Part shown: one piece after another, positions 1 through 13,187 of the stretch | Layout of the letters: each line of letters opens with the position of its first letter | How positions within the stretch are numbered: the stretch's first letter is position 1 | NCBI GenBank assembly: GCA_029953675.1 | Contig: JAMWBK010000006.1 | Location: forward strand, 372,001-436,000 | DNA from: Rhodosorus marinus CCMP1338 | Lineage: Eukaryota; Plantae; Rhodophyta | DNA: 64,000 nt | Direction of reading: 5' to 3' | Notes under the pieces: model-generated | The model's input: only the letters and a program-made list of their open reading frames with translations | Database searches by the model: none | Told to the model about the DNA's origin: nothing | Translations under genes and position numbers: made by a program

Positions 1-971
1 TGATACGCCAGAAGATAGCAAGCCAAGGAGCAAATGGAGAGTGCGCGCACTAAAACTTCTGGTCGCGGGTATTTCCAAACCATGAAACAAGAAGGGAGGA
101 TAGCAACGAGAGTACAGGCTCCGGAAAGCTTTAGCAGCGTTGATTTCCCAAAGATATTGCGCAGTTTTATGGCTGGATTGATAGAACACCAAACGTTCGC
201 CACTTTGTCCTCAAAGAGACCCCGATTTACGGGGAATATTCGACTAAGAACAACTTTCACGTCGAAGAATGCCCAGATCAGAAACGTCGTTCCCAAAATC
301 GTCAGAGTCAAATGAGCTAGGTAGCGAAGGCCCCTAGTTCGTGACCTTCCGAGGCAATAGCATGCCAGCGCGGGGAGAAAATAAAGAGTCATATGCTTGA
401 AGTTCATAGAGAGTGTGAAAAAAATAGATCCAAGCACGTCTCGGCCGCTGATCACGCTCGATAGAGCAGCAACGAAAAGGCCCAATGATACACCGTTGTA
501 CTGGAAATGGCCGTGGTCCACGAGTAGGAGAGCGGGTGCGCAGGCTAGATAATAAAAAGTCCTCAATTTCTTACTATCAGATATACTGCGCTTCGAAAGG
601 AACCAAAAAACGGCAGGAATCAACACCATCATGTCCCACAAGATGACTGAAGCGCGCATAGCAGCGCGCGAGCCTTCCTCCTCATACCCTCGGGACTCAA
701 ACAGCGCCACCGCTGCTGGATCTACAGCCTCGATTAGAAAGGATGTTACAAATGCATGAAATGCTGACAGAGGCGGATAATCAATCCCCCAGTAATCCAC
801 ATCATACGTGTACCACTCCGAAATGGGTTTCCCTCTCGTCACCTCCATCCAGTGCCGCTGAGCTTCAAAATCGCCATATGTCGGAACATCCCGCTCTCCT
901 GAATAAGGATACAGACCAACTCCACTCCTCAAAATCAGGGAACAGATTAAAGGAAGAACCCAATCCATCAT
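1..971 (-). CDS. ALG6: Dolichyl-P-Glc:Man9GlcNAc2-PP-dolichol alpha-1,3-glucosyltransferase (3' end runs off the window)
   Basis: Manual reverse-strand translation is open from ATG 971 to the window edge: MMDWVLPLICSLILRSGVG..GDFEAQRHWMEVT..YWGLDYPPLSAFH..LLVDHGHFQYNGVSLG..NFKHMTLY..RIFPVNRGLFEDKVANVWCS. These are ALG6 signature motifs. It is missing from the ORF track because the stop lies outside the window. Confidence 0.93.
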   Translation of the reverse strand, partial: MMDWVLPLICSLILRSGVGLYPYSGERDVPTYGDFEAQRHWMEVTRGKPISEWYTYDVDYWGIDYPPLSAFHAFVTSFLIEAVDPAAVALFESRGYEEEGSRAAMRASVILWDMMVLIPAVFWFLSKRSISDSKKLRTFYYLACAPALLLVDHGHFQYNGVSLGLFVAALSSVISGRDVLGSIFFTLSMNFKHMTLYFLPALACYCLGRSRTRGLRYLAHLTLTILGTTFLIWAFFDVKVVLSRIFPVNRGLFEDKVANVWCSINPAIKLRNIFGKSTLLKLSGACTLVAILPSCFMVWKYPRPEVLVRALSICSLACYLLAY

Positions 972-1429
972 TCCTTCCCATAACTCTTCTTCCCATGAGC
1001 ACAGACTTCACGACACCCGACCTCCTCATTCCCCCAATATCAATGCAATCTCAGGGACAGCCTGTCCTCCCCATTTAGCGCTTCAAATTGGCTTTGATTT
1101 TGCAAGGCCCTTATAGCCAATGATTATCTAGAATTTCTTAGCACTAGAGTATTGAATAGGAGTTTGGTGTTTGTAACTTTGAGCAGGACTGGTGTTGGAA
1201 AGGATGGTTGTGTTTAGGATACCTTGAATCATAATGCATCTATTGCTTAGCATGTAATACTAGTGCGAAGGAGATTGTTCGTCAAACTTAGAATAATTAC
1301 CAGAACGTGTGCAAACGAGCATCGACCGGATTTTTGGCAAATGCCTTGATTGCGGTAATGTTGTCCAGGTCGTCGGCAGGTTCCTCAGGCTTGGAGTTGC
1401 GTCTGTTTTTTGCTAAGCTTCAAACTGCT

Positions 1430-2267
1430 TCAGGAGTTTCCGGCCGTTCGTGTTTGTCGCTTCAACGAACCATCAGGCTCAAGGGAAACTTCGTCTGAGT
1501 CTATTGTCTTCCGTTTCTTTCTGCTGTTAGCCAGAAGCTCAATCTCAAGGGTTTCAACAATCGTGTCTGGAGTGGCCATGGAACCTATTCCGACGTCACC
1601 ACAAGCGAGCTTTTTCGAGGTTGGGGAAACTATTTGAACACCAAATGTCTCCACCGAGTTCTATCGCACAATGGAAAAGCTTAGAAGAAGCAAAATCACT
1701 GTTACTAAAGCCATGGAGTGCTGCTCTTACAGTTTGCCGCGAAGTGAGCGGGTGCTCCCACATAACCGTGTTCATCGCAGGTGCCACAATGAGCGGTGCT
1801 TTAGACGGATCCCATGCTCTTGCTGTGCACGTCAAGGCGTTGTCACACAATCCGTTTGCTAGCTTCGCGAGCGTGTTTGCACTCAGCGGTGCTATTACAA
1901 ACGCGTCCGCCCATCTCCTCAGCTCGATATGCAAAACCTCATCTCCAAGTTTCTCCCACATTAACCACTCCTTCTCATCATCCAAAACCTCAACTCCATC
2001 AGCGAATTTTCTCTGTGAATCGTGACAGTTGCCAAAACAGAACGACAAACAAGGAGCAGTATGAGCCAGTAATGCCAACTCCGTGAAAAGAACCACTCAA
2101 ATACGGCACCGAGCTGTGCCTACCTCTTTCTCCAGGAAGAACTTGGCCCGGTCGGTGGCCAAAACCTTCACCTTCGCACCCTTCTCTATAATCTTGTCAA
2201 CTAGCAATGGTACTCTAATGGCAGCAACGCTTCCACTCGCTCCAACAATCACGTTCTTCCCTTCCAT
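1430..2267 (-). CDS. PPCDC: Phosphopantothenoylcysteine decarboxylase (HAL3/CoaC-type flavoprotein), 3 exons
   Basis: Motifs NVIVGASGSVAA, LHIELRRWADAFVIAPLSANTLAKLANGLCDN, PAMNTVMWEHP and KKLACGDVGIGSMA (His and catalytic Cys retained), spread over three ORF pieces joined by GT-AG introns. Confidence 0.93.
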
Positions 2268-3143
2268 CCTCCTGACACTCTTCGAATTACTCAGCGCCCA
2301 CCAAGCGAATGCTATGAAGGCAGTGCACCAAACCAAAGAGTCTCAGCGTCACCGCTCATGGCTTGGAAACTCTTGTGCGTACTGAGAGCAACTTCACCAA
2401 TGACTCTCCAAAGATTCTGGTTGCCCAGCTAAAACAAGGAGAACTTCAAAACGTCCGAAGCCGAGCAATCGGCCAAAACAGGTTTTCGTTGGCGGTTAGA
2501 ACCAGATACGACGCAACCAGGATACTACCCAAGAAGCTGAACCTTGATGACCAGTAGTCTTTCTAATGCATATGAAGTCCAATTCCAAGATTTTGTTCAG
2601 CACTAGCCTTCAATGGATGTTGAAACTATCCTTCTGGATCTCCACTCTAAACTTCTTGACCCCTTGAGTGTGTAAACGGACAGATGGGATCAGTAGTGCC
2701 ATCGAACGGAACTAATGGCAGATAGACGAGACAAGAAGGACAGAACCAGTAGTCAAGATCCACTAAAGGATCCAGTATTCAGTCCAGAGATCCAGATGGA
2801 TAGTTTGCACCTCAACTCAAGACCCAACGTTCGCTTCTGAGTGTATACTTCACGGTTGCAGAGCAACGGCGGAGAGATTCATAGAGATATAGGGACTAGG
2901 TTAGCGATGGCGGAAGACGAGGATGAAGTCTTGACACACACGGTTGGCAAAGAGTAAACGTGGAACGATTGAGGCTCGATGGGACTATGCAAGCGCCGTA
3001 CTCGAGGCCTTTTTGGTAAGGAGTGAGTGTCGAAGTGATGGGAGAGTCTGGTCCTCGTTTCGTTTGAACGGCGATGAATTTTGGAGAGCAAGCTGTGGAT
3101 GACGGAAGGAAGAAGAGAAGGTTGAGAGAAGCTATAGACAGAG

Positions 3144-3812
3144 ATGGAAGGAGAGGATACAGACGAGATTGAACGTGCAGTTGAGCTTCGACTGAAAGGT
3201 AAAGTCGATGAATCGGATGTAGATTGGGTCACGGATGTTTCAGTCGTGAAGAGATCGGATGGGAAGAAGAGGAAGACGAGAACTAAGCGTCGAGTGGATC
3301 GACATTCAAAGGATACGGTTCGGAAAGAAAGGACTTTGACAAAGCGCAGAGCGAAGCGGGAGGAGGACGAGGAGGCCAGTCGTTTCGAAACTACTGAGAA
3401 CCACGAGGAAGATGAAATGGAGGAACGGCACCAGGAAGGTGATAATCGGGACCCGATTGTGGTAGATGGGACTGTGGATCCCTTTGAGATGCCAACTTCC
3501 TTAAGGACCAGACGATCAGCTGAATCTGGTGCTAGAGGACAGAAGGATGAGCAGACCGAAGTGGACTTTGTCCGAGAGAGTCAGGCCGAAGTGGAGCTTT
3601 TGGGGTCTTTGCAGTTTACTGGGAAGAAGAAGACAGCTTGGGAGCTCAATAAGGTGAGGTTGCTGGGCGCCAGGAAGGGGAAAAGCCAGAAAATGCCGCT
3701 TACCATGCTGACAGGAATGAGAAAGACGGCGAAAGCCAGGAAGCGCAAGGAGAAGGAAGAACTCAGAGCCGGCGGTATGTTGCCAAAGAAGAGGAAAGGG
3801 CGACGGCGTTGA
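3144..3812 (+). CDS. Basic/acidic protein with Faf1/DUF4602 (C1orf131-like) C-terminus; probable 40S biogenesis factor
   Basis: 222-aa ORF. The C-terminus EVELLGSLQFTGKKKTAWELNKVRLLGARKGKSQKMPLTMLTGMRK resembles this family (recalled, not searched). Confidence 0.6.
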   Translation: MEGEDTDEIERAVELRLKGKVDESDVDWVTDVSVVKRSDGKKRKTRTKRRVDRHSKDTVRKERTLTKRRAKREEDEEASRFETTENHEEDEMEERHQEGDNRDPIVVDGTVDPFEMPTSLRTRRSAESGARGQKDEQTEVDFVRESQAEVELLGSLQFTGKKKTAWELNKVRLLGARKGKSQKMPLTMLTGMRKTAKARKRKEKEELRAGGMLPKKRKGRRR

Positions 3813-4145
3813 GGAGGAAGGCTCTGAAAGCCTAGGGTGCAATACAGCGATAGGGACACCCATAGTTTCTCAGCCCAGGAGAATGGTTGTATATAGTAGG
3901 CAACACAAGACAAAGAGCTTGCATAGTAAACAATCAATTATGAAGCATTGTCTACTCAAAAAGAGTTAAAATGAGAAGATTCCACACCGACCCATGTCGG
4001 TGAGGATAAGCTCTGCATAGAAGCTCGTCTCACCGAAGTACTTATGACGGCATACTGGTCCGGGATATTTGTTCCTCGCCCGCGAATCGATGTCACAGGT
4101 AAGTTCCAGTTGGGTATTTCGACAGTGATCGTGATGTTTGTTGCA

Positions 4146-5593
4146 CTAGAGGTCTGCTCGCTCTTCAACTAGTAACATTGCCCCTTGGCTCAGTCCAGCC
4201 TCCTCCAAGGTCTTATCCGCGTCCTCGGGATATTGATAGGTTCTCCGAGGGAAGCTAGACACCAAAGCTGCGTGCTCAATAGAAACACCATTAATATCCG
4301 CCCAGTCGAACAAGATCGCAACTTTGTCGGATACCAGAAATCTTCGGTCCACACGCTTACCATCCGGTAGACGAAGCCCGACAGTCGTCACGCCCGGGCC
4401 CCTTTCCGGTTCTTCCCCAAGCGCCTCTCGTTTGGTCTCCCTTCTCTCGACAAGTTCAGCTCGATTTCGTTGCTCTTCCTCCTCGGCCTCTCTCTTCAAT
4501 CTCTCCTCCTCGGCCATCTGCTCTGCAGCCTCTTTTGCAGTCTGTTCCCTTCGCCTGTCTGCTTCCAATGTCTCGTGGTACTCACGGTCTTGCTGCTCAC
4601 GTAGCTGTCTAGCCTCATCCCGTTCTTCAACATGTAACCTTCTTCGTGTCAAGGTAGTTCCAAACCGTGCGGACATCGTCTGAAGCCATTGGAGAAAATC
4701 TCCAGCCTCGGAGTTGTATTCCGAGAGCGTCACACCGTCGGAACGGCCCACAGGTGAAGTTATAAGCGCCACGAACGGGTACGTGGTAACGCCAAGCAGC
4801 CTTTGTGCCCTATAACCTTCAGGAGACGCAATGCCTCTTGCCCAGAAAATGACATTTTCGTTGATGTACCTGATCACCTCGCGACTGCCTAACACTTGTC
4901 GACAGAATCGAACCGAGCCAGGGTGCATTTCAGAGTGTAGAAACACCAACAAAAACTATAGAAGGGAAGATCGGCGCGCAGGAGGTACGAGCCAGTTAGG
5001 ATAGTCGATTCATGATCTAGGCACGAGGCAAGTCCAATGGTCAATACGTGTGAACGAGGATTCAATTCGCAACTTCTTACCTGGAACCGAGCTCCAGCAG
5101 CCGCCAACGCGTCCAAATAAGTACCCTCAAAAAATTGGGGATGAAAATTAGAGTATAATATATCAAATCGGCGCACGAAGTTTGCCGTTTCGCTTTGATC
5201 GGCATCGTATGCTATTCTTGGTGGACCTCGAACGAAATTAGATATTCTTTCCCCAATATATGAAGCAATTGAGAACACCAACCAAATGGGGAAGAAGAGA
5301 ACACGAAAAAATCCCCGAAATCTCCTTCTCTGTGGTCGGCTGCTAGAGACCCCAGAGACTGCGTTCGAAGTGGACCTTATACCGGTATTCACAGATCCTG
5401 AGGAGTCCGTATCTCGCTCCGGGTTGCTTGGAACGGCAGGCTCTGTCTCTCCACTCAAAAAAGCTTCAACAGCAACCTGCAAATCCCAACTAGCCGCTTC
5501 TAACCTCCTTCTAGCCTCATCCTCCGACTCAATACTAGTAACTGCCTGAAAAGTGGAAAGCGACTCCGCTTGCTCTGCGGAAAGCCCACTCAT
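4146..5593 (-). CDS. UBA-UAS-coiled coil-UBX protein (FAF2/UBXD8/PUX10-like p97/CDC48 adaptor)
   Basis: N-terminal UBA-like segment (LEAASWDLQVAVEAFL), UAS (VFLHSEMHPGSVRFCRQVL..TTYPFVALI), coiled coil LREQQDREYHETLEADR and UBX (LRLPDGKRVDRRF..SSFPRR..TLEEAGL). Intron at about 4955-5075. Confidence 0.9.
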
Positions 5594-8500
5594 AGTCCGT
5601 CGATAACGCTTTACAATATATTCTACCAAAGAAATGAAGCTCAAACACCAGACGCAACCCAACCAGAAAATTCTTGAACCTCTCTTTCAAAAACCTACCA
5701 TTCACGTCGTACCGATAGTGGACACCGAAAGCTCCTTCTCATCTACAACCTCAGAACTGTCAGAGCAAAACCGAAACAAACTGGTGTCCCAATTATTCAA
5801 CAGGAGAAACCAGTAGCTCGGATTTCATCAAACCGATCTCCAAACAGAACTTTGCTAAGCGTCACCCTTCCCAACAATACAAAACCGCTAAATGCACATT
5901 GCCATCCCAATCGCTCATTAAGATCAATAAAACTCTGGCAGAGTGCATTCCAATAAATAGAATTATTCCGTATAATTAAGATTTTAAACATTACAAAATA
6001 TTTTTAAAAAAGTTATTTGGCATGAATAAGAAATGAACTATTCTTTTTTAGATTGTTTTGGGGTGGGTTTGCTTCAGGGGTTGGGTGCTGGCATCTGGAC
6101 TGGCATCTGGACTGGCATAGCTAGTCATCGTGGTGAGGATGAAGCAAGTTGGCTTCACCGTTGGCAGGTCCAATATATAGGCCACGTTGGAGGTTTTATA
6201 CTCTGAATGAGGAAGGGTCCCTCCAAATCGTGGAAAGCTGGAGACTTTGCTGCAAATTCGAAGAAGGAAGTCCCGACACGCGCGGCTTACGAAGTGGGTT
6301 CACGATACATCGAACGTTTCATATATCTCTGTTGACGCACATCTACATCTGCGATTGCAATTGCGGTTGAATGTCTGTTAGCACATCAGTCAACTCCTAT
6401 TCTCCTCAGTTTTACTTCGGGGTAGCGTTTATGGCAAAATAAGTGGAGGATATGCCGGCGCTTTCCTCCTGGCTCGGGTACTTTGCAACGTAAAGGGCAC
6501 TGGGTAAGTGTAGAGTTCACTGTCGCGGATCGCTTCAACAGTTAACGCAATCAGAAACCACATCACTTTAAAAGTGAACGACTCAAGTTGGGCTATCAGC
6601 GTGCTCTAAAAACCAGCGGTGGTCTGTGGTCGGACCTGGATACCACTGAGCAATGTCAATACTACTTACCCACAAGTGGTCCACTACTTTTGGGCTCGGC
6701 TCTATAGGTTCAGACAGATCGGCTTATTCGGAGGCTAAGGCCTCTGAATGAAGTACGCATGGAAGGGCGCAGAGAGCGTGCCTCCAGAACTACGGCAGCG
6801 TTACAGGGCCAAAGAGTCATCTCCACAAACACTAAATCCAACCTCTTTTATGACAATCCTTGTATATTCTCGAGTAATACCTTATCCATATATCTGACAA
6901 AAAAAGCAGAGTCAGAGTCAGTCAGTGTTGTTGAGAAAGTTTCTTCTTTGGTGAGCACTACCTTCTTTGTGTTGTTGTTTGTCCGCGGAAGGACGCAATT
7001 GGACGGGGATCCCCCGACTGGAGTGGATATTTCGGAAAGTGACGCGGGGGTGCACCGGACTTTGTCGAATCCTCGGGTTTAGCACCTCTTCCTGCGCTGG
7101 AGGAGGAAACCGAGCACTCTGAACAGAGCCGTACAGCCTCAGATGCGCCAGGAGGGGCTTCTGTAAGCTGATTTCGCCCCGCGGCCTGCTCGCGCAGTGT
7201 AAACCCTTTGCTCGGTGCTATTTGGAGACTGGGATGGCGCAGACGGAAATTGGAAAGTTATTCGCGGACGTGGAAACCTGTTTATCAGGGGGCTCCGACA
7301 GCTACGGACCTCCTGGCCGCCGCACGGAGCAAAAGTCAACTACCGCGCCATCGTTGCAGACCCAGAGGACTATATCCCGATGATCTGCGAAACATACGGA
7401 CGACTGCAGCACGTACAATGGCAGACCTTCGCCGCCCACCAGGCATCTAGGCTTGGGCCCCACCGCCGGTACAAAGCTCTCGCCGCGATGAACCCCACGC
7501 TGTGGAGAGGCAACTCTTGGGTTGCATTTCGTAGTTATGAGAGCGAACGTAGTTATAGCAGTTAGTCTTTACTGATGATTTACTAGTCACACACTTATGA
7601 CTCCCATTTCCCCCTCGTAGGACACTCCCCCGGCGGTTGCTAGTTTTCCAGTAAACCAGCTCAATAGAGTATCTGTTTCAATACGTTTCACCAACTCGAG
7701 AGCTCGTACAGATCGAGAAAAAAACAACAAAATAGACACAACTATCATGGCAATCTATTTATTACCACAATATTAAATAACTGATCGACTCCACAAACAA
7801 GTTCCAGGCAAGACGTGAATGAATCAAAATCCATGCATCTGGTCACGGTTCTCCCCCCCCTCCATGAAAGTATAGACTTACTGATGCAGATATTCATAAA
7901 TAAGTAAATAAAACAAGCAGATTCAGTATTTACCCGGCCCTATGATTTCTCTTTCACTCAATTTCACAAACAGCCATCAAGCCAATTCGCGCCAAAAACA
8001 GGTTGACCTCCCCCCCCCCCTTCCACCTCCAAAACAGATTAAAAAAGTTATGCAAAAGAAGCGAGGCCCCTCCAGGATGGCGGGAGAGACTGGGTTTCGA
8101 TCTACCTCCTTTAAGCGGGGTACAAATAAAGCCACCCCTCGGTATATTTTTATCTCCCTTTGACATTTATCCAAGTTCCATTGGATAACAATACATACAT
8201 AGACACTCGTCAATATATTATTCAGTTAAATCATCATAATGATTGATGAGAAAGTTCGCATACTAGCTTCAAGGGGGGGGAGCGAAATATTAGTTTTCGC
8301 CGTATTTTTTGCTTGGAAGATAAAAAAGTAATTCTATTCAAGGTTTTATTTTACTCAGTTTCAAAAGCTCGTTTTTCATCTCCTCAAAGCAGTTTTAGAG
8401 GGGTGGAGCAATTTGTCTCCTGAAAGTCGTCATACCTCTGAAAGGAAACACTAGAGTAACATTGGATGTAGGCTGGGCCTCTATAATTTTAAGATTTTTT

Positions 8501-9151
8501 AAATATTGCTGGTGAGAGTGTCTTGCAAGGCAAGTTCCCAAAGAGTTTCTAGGTAAATGGGGCGTTTTTGAGGTTATTTGGTGAAGGAGAAGTCTTTAAG
8601 AGGAGCTCAACGTTAAGGAGTTTAGTAAAAGGTTTTGGGGAGGATCGCGATGAGGGAGGGGGAAGGAGGGAGGGAGAGAGTGAGGGAGGAAGGTTAGGTT
8701 TGATATGTTTTTTTTGTTGTGGGGATGGATAGGTGGATATGTGGATAACCGTTTACTCGAGAACAATTTAGGGATTGTAATGAAAGAGGTTGGATTTAGT
8801 GGTTTAGGGAGTCTTGAAAGGTTTTGATGTACGGATGATGACTACGGAATGGAGAGAAATTGGTGTCGTTTGTTGATGCTCGATATGACCGTGGCGTATT
8901 TACTAGGTATGGCTGGATTTAGTAGGGAAGGAATGATTAGTTGAAGGAGGGCTGGGCGGGGTGGGGTGCGTGCATGTGGATGGGGCTGCGCTTTGGGCCG
9001 TTGAAGGCGTTGGTCTCATTTGTGGGGTGTTTTCTGTAGACTTGTTGATTGGTTATCCGCAGTGAAACTTGCTTTTAGCTCTGGTGGGATCGGTGAGGGG
9101 GATTTTTATCGTGCTCAAGGAGGTTGCTGGTACGAGCTATCGACGGCTGAC

Positions 9152-12100
9152 ATGTATTTGTCATCATCGGAAGGCTCGGTGGATGAGCGCCCAGACGCTG
9201 TGTCCTTGGGGCGCACCATGCGAAACGCGTCCAGCTCGATCTATCTCGAGTTGAAGAATTTACTTCCGGGTTTGGAATCTATGGTATGCTCTGCAAGGAT
9301 ACCCGTGTGTTATGTTTTTCATACCTGGATTTGGTGATTGAGAAGATTCTGAAATCCTTTTTACACTCTGCGACCCTCCGTTGGTGCTGAGCAGGATGAC
9401 AAACAGCGGAAGGAGAGCTTGTTGGACTACGCACAGCGGTCACGACATCTAGTTATTAGGCTACTAGCTTTACTGCGTTGGTCCTCTAAATATGCAGAGC
9501 TGACTATGAAAGCAGATCATGGGAATACCACAGCGACTATTCGAGAAGAGGTTTATGAAGCTACAAGCAACAAGCTCTGGGCTTGCGCTCAAAACTGCAA
9601 GAAGCAACCGCTGTCTTATCCGGCTGTGGCAACAGCCACTGACGTATTCGTGTCGGGCTTACCAATGAGCCTGCCGACCTCTATTGGAAATGTGCTGGAT
9701 ATTCGCCTGGACTCGACGCAGGAGGCTAAGGACGTGTCCTTGATGAAATTGAAATATTTAACACACAGCTTTGTGAAATCATGCCTACCTCTACCCTCTC
9801 CCGGACTGGAGCTTTTGACCAAGGACAATGGGGACGAGGTCATCGGGGTGGCGATAGGGCTTTCTGGTCTTTGGAGAGCGAGTACGTATGTCCCAGAACG
9901 TCTTATTCAATCACGCTATCGCGAGCAATCCCTAACAGAATTTCTTGCACTGGATAGCTGTTCTTTTGGAGTCAATGGGAGTAGAGAATGCGAATCTCCG
10001 CATGAACTCTTTAGAAATACTTGTCGCATCGAAGAATAGGGAGGGAAACGATCAAGATACAGACGAAGACTTCAGCGCGCAGCAGTTGTACCTCTTGAAA
10101 CGTCTCTGCGAGGACAGGATGAAGATCGTGTTGCACTGTATGGACAAAGAGGAGAGGCGGGATCCAGTCGCTAGTGTAAGAAGCATGTTGATTGCAATTC
10201 GGAATGCAGTCGTGGATGAATTGTGTATCCCGTTCGTATTCGAGCGCTTACTGCTCGAGGCTCGAGAGCTTTCGTCTAGAACCGGCTATGGACTTGCAGT
10301 TGTCGAAGGCGTAAAAACAATACCCGATGAGGATACCTCCATAACTCTGACGTACTGGGAAAAGAGCTATTACTCTGGGAAGATTACGTTCGAGAGTTAC
10401 AGGGCCAAAGGTCGTGAGAATGGGCATGTCGGCATGAAACCTGAGTCGACCCACTCAATCAAAAACGAGGATATGTCTCTGTTCACTGTGCGGCACGAAC
10501 CTCAGCTGGCAAACGTGCTGAAGCTTGATATCACGTACTTGGATCTCAATTGTTTGGATCTTGAAACTATTTTGAGGGGAACTCTTCAGACCCGACTCTA
10601 CTCGAGGCTGGTTCAACTTCGGAACATGATTATGGCGAACAAGATTGCAAACCTTCGCGAACAGGACCTGAAGGTTATTGTCAGTGAGCAGACGCTGTCC
10701 GTCTCCTTGATAATATTCTTGCGCAACACAGCCACTGGCATAGAGTTCCGATGTTCGCAGAAGACTGGCGCCCTCAGGGTCCGACCTTTCGGGGTCGCGG
10801 CTATGGCGGTAGCAAACAAAATGCAAGAGGTAGGCGATGACAACGTTGTCGTTTCCCTAACAAGAGCGTTGTAAATAGTGTATACTGATTCCAGGCTGCT
10901 CCTTGTTCTCTTCATTCAGAGCGGTTTGTGGAAGGGAGAAAATCACTTTGAAACTTTCGCAGTTGAGGCTACGACAGCAATGCTAGCCATTGTTCAAGTT
11001 AGTAGGAGGCTTCAGTTGGAGGCTGCAGCTACAGCGATGTGTGTTCTGGATGTCGGGGCAACGAGGACCCTTCCTCCGGGAACTGCGTGGGTAGCTGCGT
11101 CATCCCCTGCGGACCCACCAACAAGTCAGCTGGTACCACCGTTTGCTCCTCTGGAAAGGCGTGCCCCGCGAAGGTTCCTGACCCTTTCCGAACCCCCACG
11201 GAAGGAAAATACTAAGGGCACCGGTTCCCCAGCGGAGAACGGATCAAAACCGAAGCAGAGATTAACGTACGCCTCAACAAGCGATGGGCAGGTCTTCATT
11301 CAGGAGGGTGCTTTTCCGGAGGGTGAAAACCGATACAGTGGAAGTGCAGCAGCCGCTGCAGCGTGGGCGGTGGCGAGGGAAGCAGTGGAGCGCCGTCTGA
11401 GACGAGATTCCTTGTTGCGAGCATTTTCAGCCACCAGTGTAGCGTATCCAGCATCTTCGTGGTCCCCTCACGGGCAGAACGATGAGTCGGACCTCGATAT
11501 GGAAACAACGTCCAGAACTCTCCTGCGGGTGAAATGCGAGCCACTTCCTGTACAGAAAGCTGAGCTTGTCCTTCGCGGAAACAATGCTTGGCAGGTAAGC
11601 ATGCTTCTGTAGTCCACCGTACGCAGAAGGAGCTATGCCCCTTATTCTCCCTATTTTCGCGCACGCTAAGTCGGTTCTTTTCTTACAATGTTTGCTTCCA
11701 GATTCGGCTCTCGCTGCTCCCTGCAATCTTCGACTCCACCGATGGCATGCAGGGAGACGACAGCAGCAGCGCTCGAGAGGCCTCATGGAATGTAGGGCTG
11801 TCTTGTGTGGACTCAATTCTAACCTTCACATACCGATCCGCAAACGCGCCTGCAGTGCGAAGCTTCTTCCGAGACCTTACGCGAGCGAGAACAGCCGCAG
11901 CGCTTGCCAGAGGAGTCCCACCTTCGAATCTATACACGGTTATTCGACGCTCTCCTGTACGGTTGATTGTGGCGATCAATCCAGATGGAACTGTCAGCAC
12001 TGGGCAACCTCCAGCTCAACGAAATTCGAACGCGTGCACTGTTACTGTCGAATACGTCTATTCAAAGGTAATCGGATCCTGTATCACCAGTCTACGAAAA

Positions 12101-12806
12101 GTGTGAGCTAACCAGGAGTTTTGGATTTTCTCGCTAGGGGAATTCTGGTGGATTCAGTGTAACGTTTTCTCCTTCTAAGCTCACTTTTCGCCAGCTAGAA
12201 CCACTCATTGAGGAGATGCTAGATGCGAGCGGTGGCTCCGTAGGGACTGTCCTTGCGGGTTTACTGGAACGAGCGTGTCCAATTGCCGCAGCTGCGGATG
12301 CTTCTGTACGGGATAGAGGACAAGGACGCGTTCGTTTCGTCACTGCGCTCAGAGTCCGAGCGATTTTCATGGGAGTGCAAAGGCCTGCCAAAGGCGCTAG
12401 GAGCAACTCGCAACCGCAGAATACTACTCACGCGGTGGACGTCGATGCTCGCAACGGTGGAGGTATTGCAAAGGTTATCGACGTGGGCCGAGCTACTGCG
12501 ATCATGACTGCACAGAGCTTTGCCAATCGAGGTGGTAATTAGACCAGCCGAACCCCAAAGAGGATAGCAGGGAGGCTTCGACGCTGAATCGCTGAATGCT
12601 GCCTGAATGCTATTTCTTTAGGACCACATCATCGAGGAAAGTTTGCCCCCGTACCCATGTGGGATGAAATCGTCGAGCAATTGAGTCGTAGCAACAAGGC
12701 AACATCTATTTGCGCTAACTCCACCGTCTTCCTGAAGATGGAGTTTCTCGAGGAGTTCCTGGGAAGCCTGGTTCAGAGTATTAAGTCAGAACCGCGACTA
12801 ATCTAA
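9152..12806 (+). CDS. MED14: Mediator of RNA polymerase II transcription subunit 14 (RGR1), multi-exon
   Basis: N-terminal Med14 domain pattern: SIYLELKNLLPGL..MLDYAQRSRHLVIRLLALLRWS..ATSNKLW..AVATATDVFVSG..LPTSI. Consecutive + ORFs are linked by GT-AG introns. The last exon (after ~12622) reads GPHHRGKFAPVPMWDEIVEQL..EPRLI* in frame. Confidence 0.78.
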
Positions 12807-13187
12807 GCATTGCTTTGCGAATGGACCCTTTCGTTGGTCTCCTTTTTGTAGTCCAAGATCAGTCATATCTTGATTTTGAGCATTGTACAGCAATATAGCG
12901 GCATCGCTGGAGAGTCCGCATCTGCGTGTCGTTCTAACTAATGTGGTTACGCCTCCGCAAAATAACACTGTCCCGCGCATGACGTCGACAGTTTGAATAT
13001 TTGTACCAAAGAGATAAAACAACCAGGCAAGCTTTGCCATGGCCAAAAGTCTTATTACCCGCGTTGATTAATAAGTGGTTCCTAGCTTTTGCGAACGGGG
13101 CCCAGAAGCGCACAGCAAATTTCTACTACGAGTGCTCTAGTGCAACGTCGTGTTCCTCAGCCCAGTTCCGCTACAGTATGCAAAGTC

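Noticed and set aside
8260-8300. ttcaagggggg motif also at ~22430, and similar G-runs at ~54740, as MITE termini
   Set aside because: The similarity does not extend beyond ~12 nt, and there are no paired inverted ends or target-site duplications.
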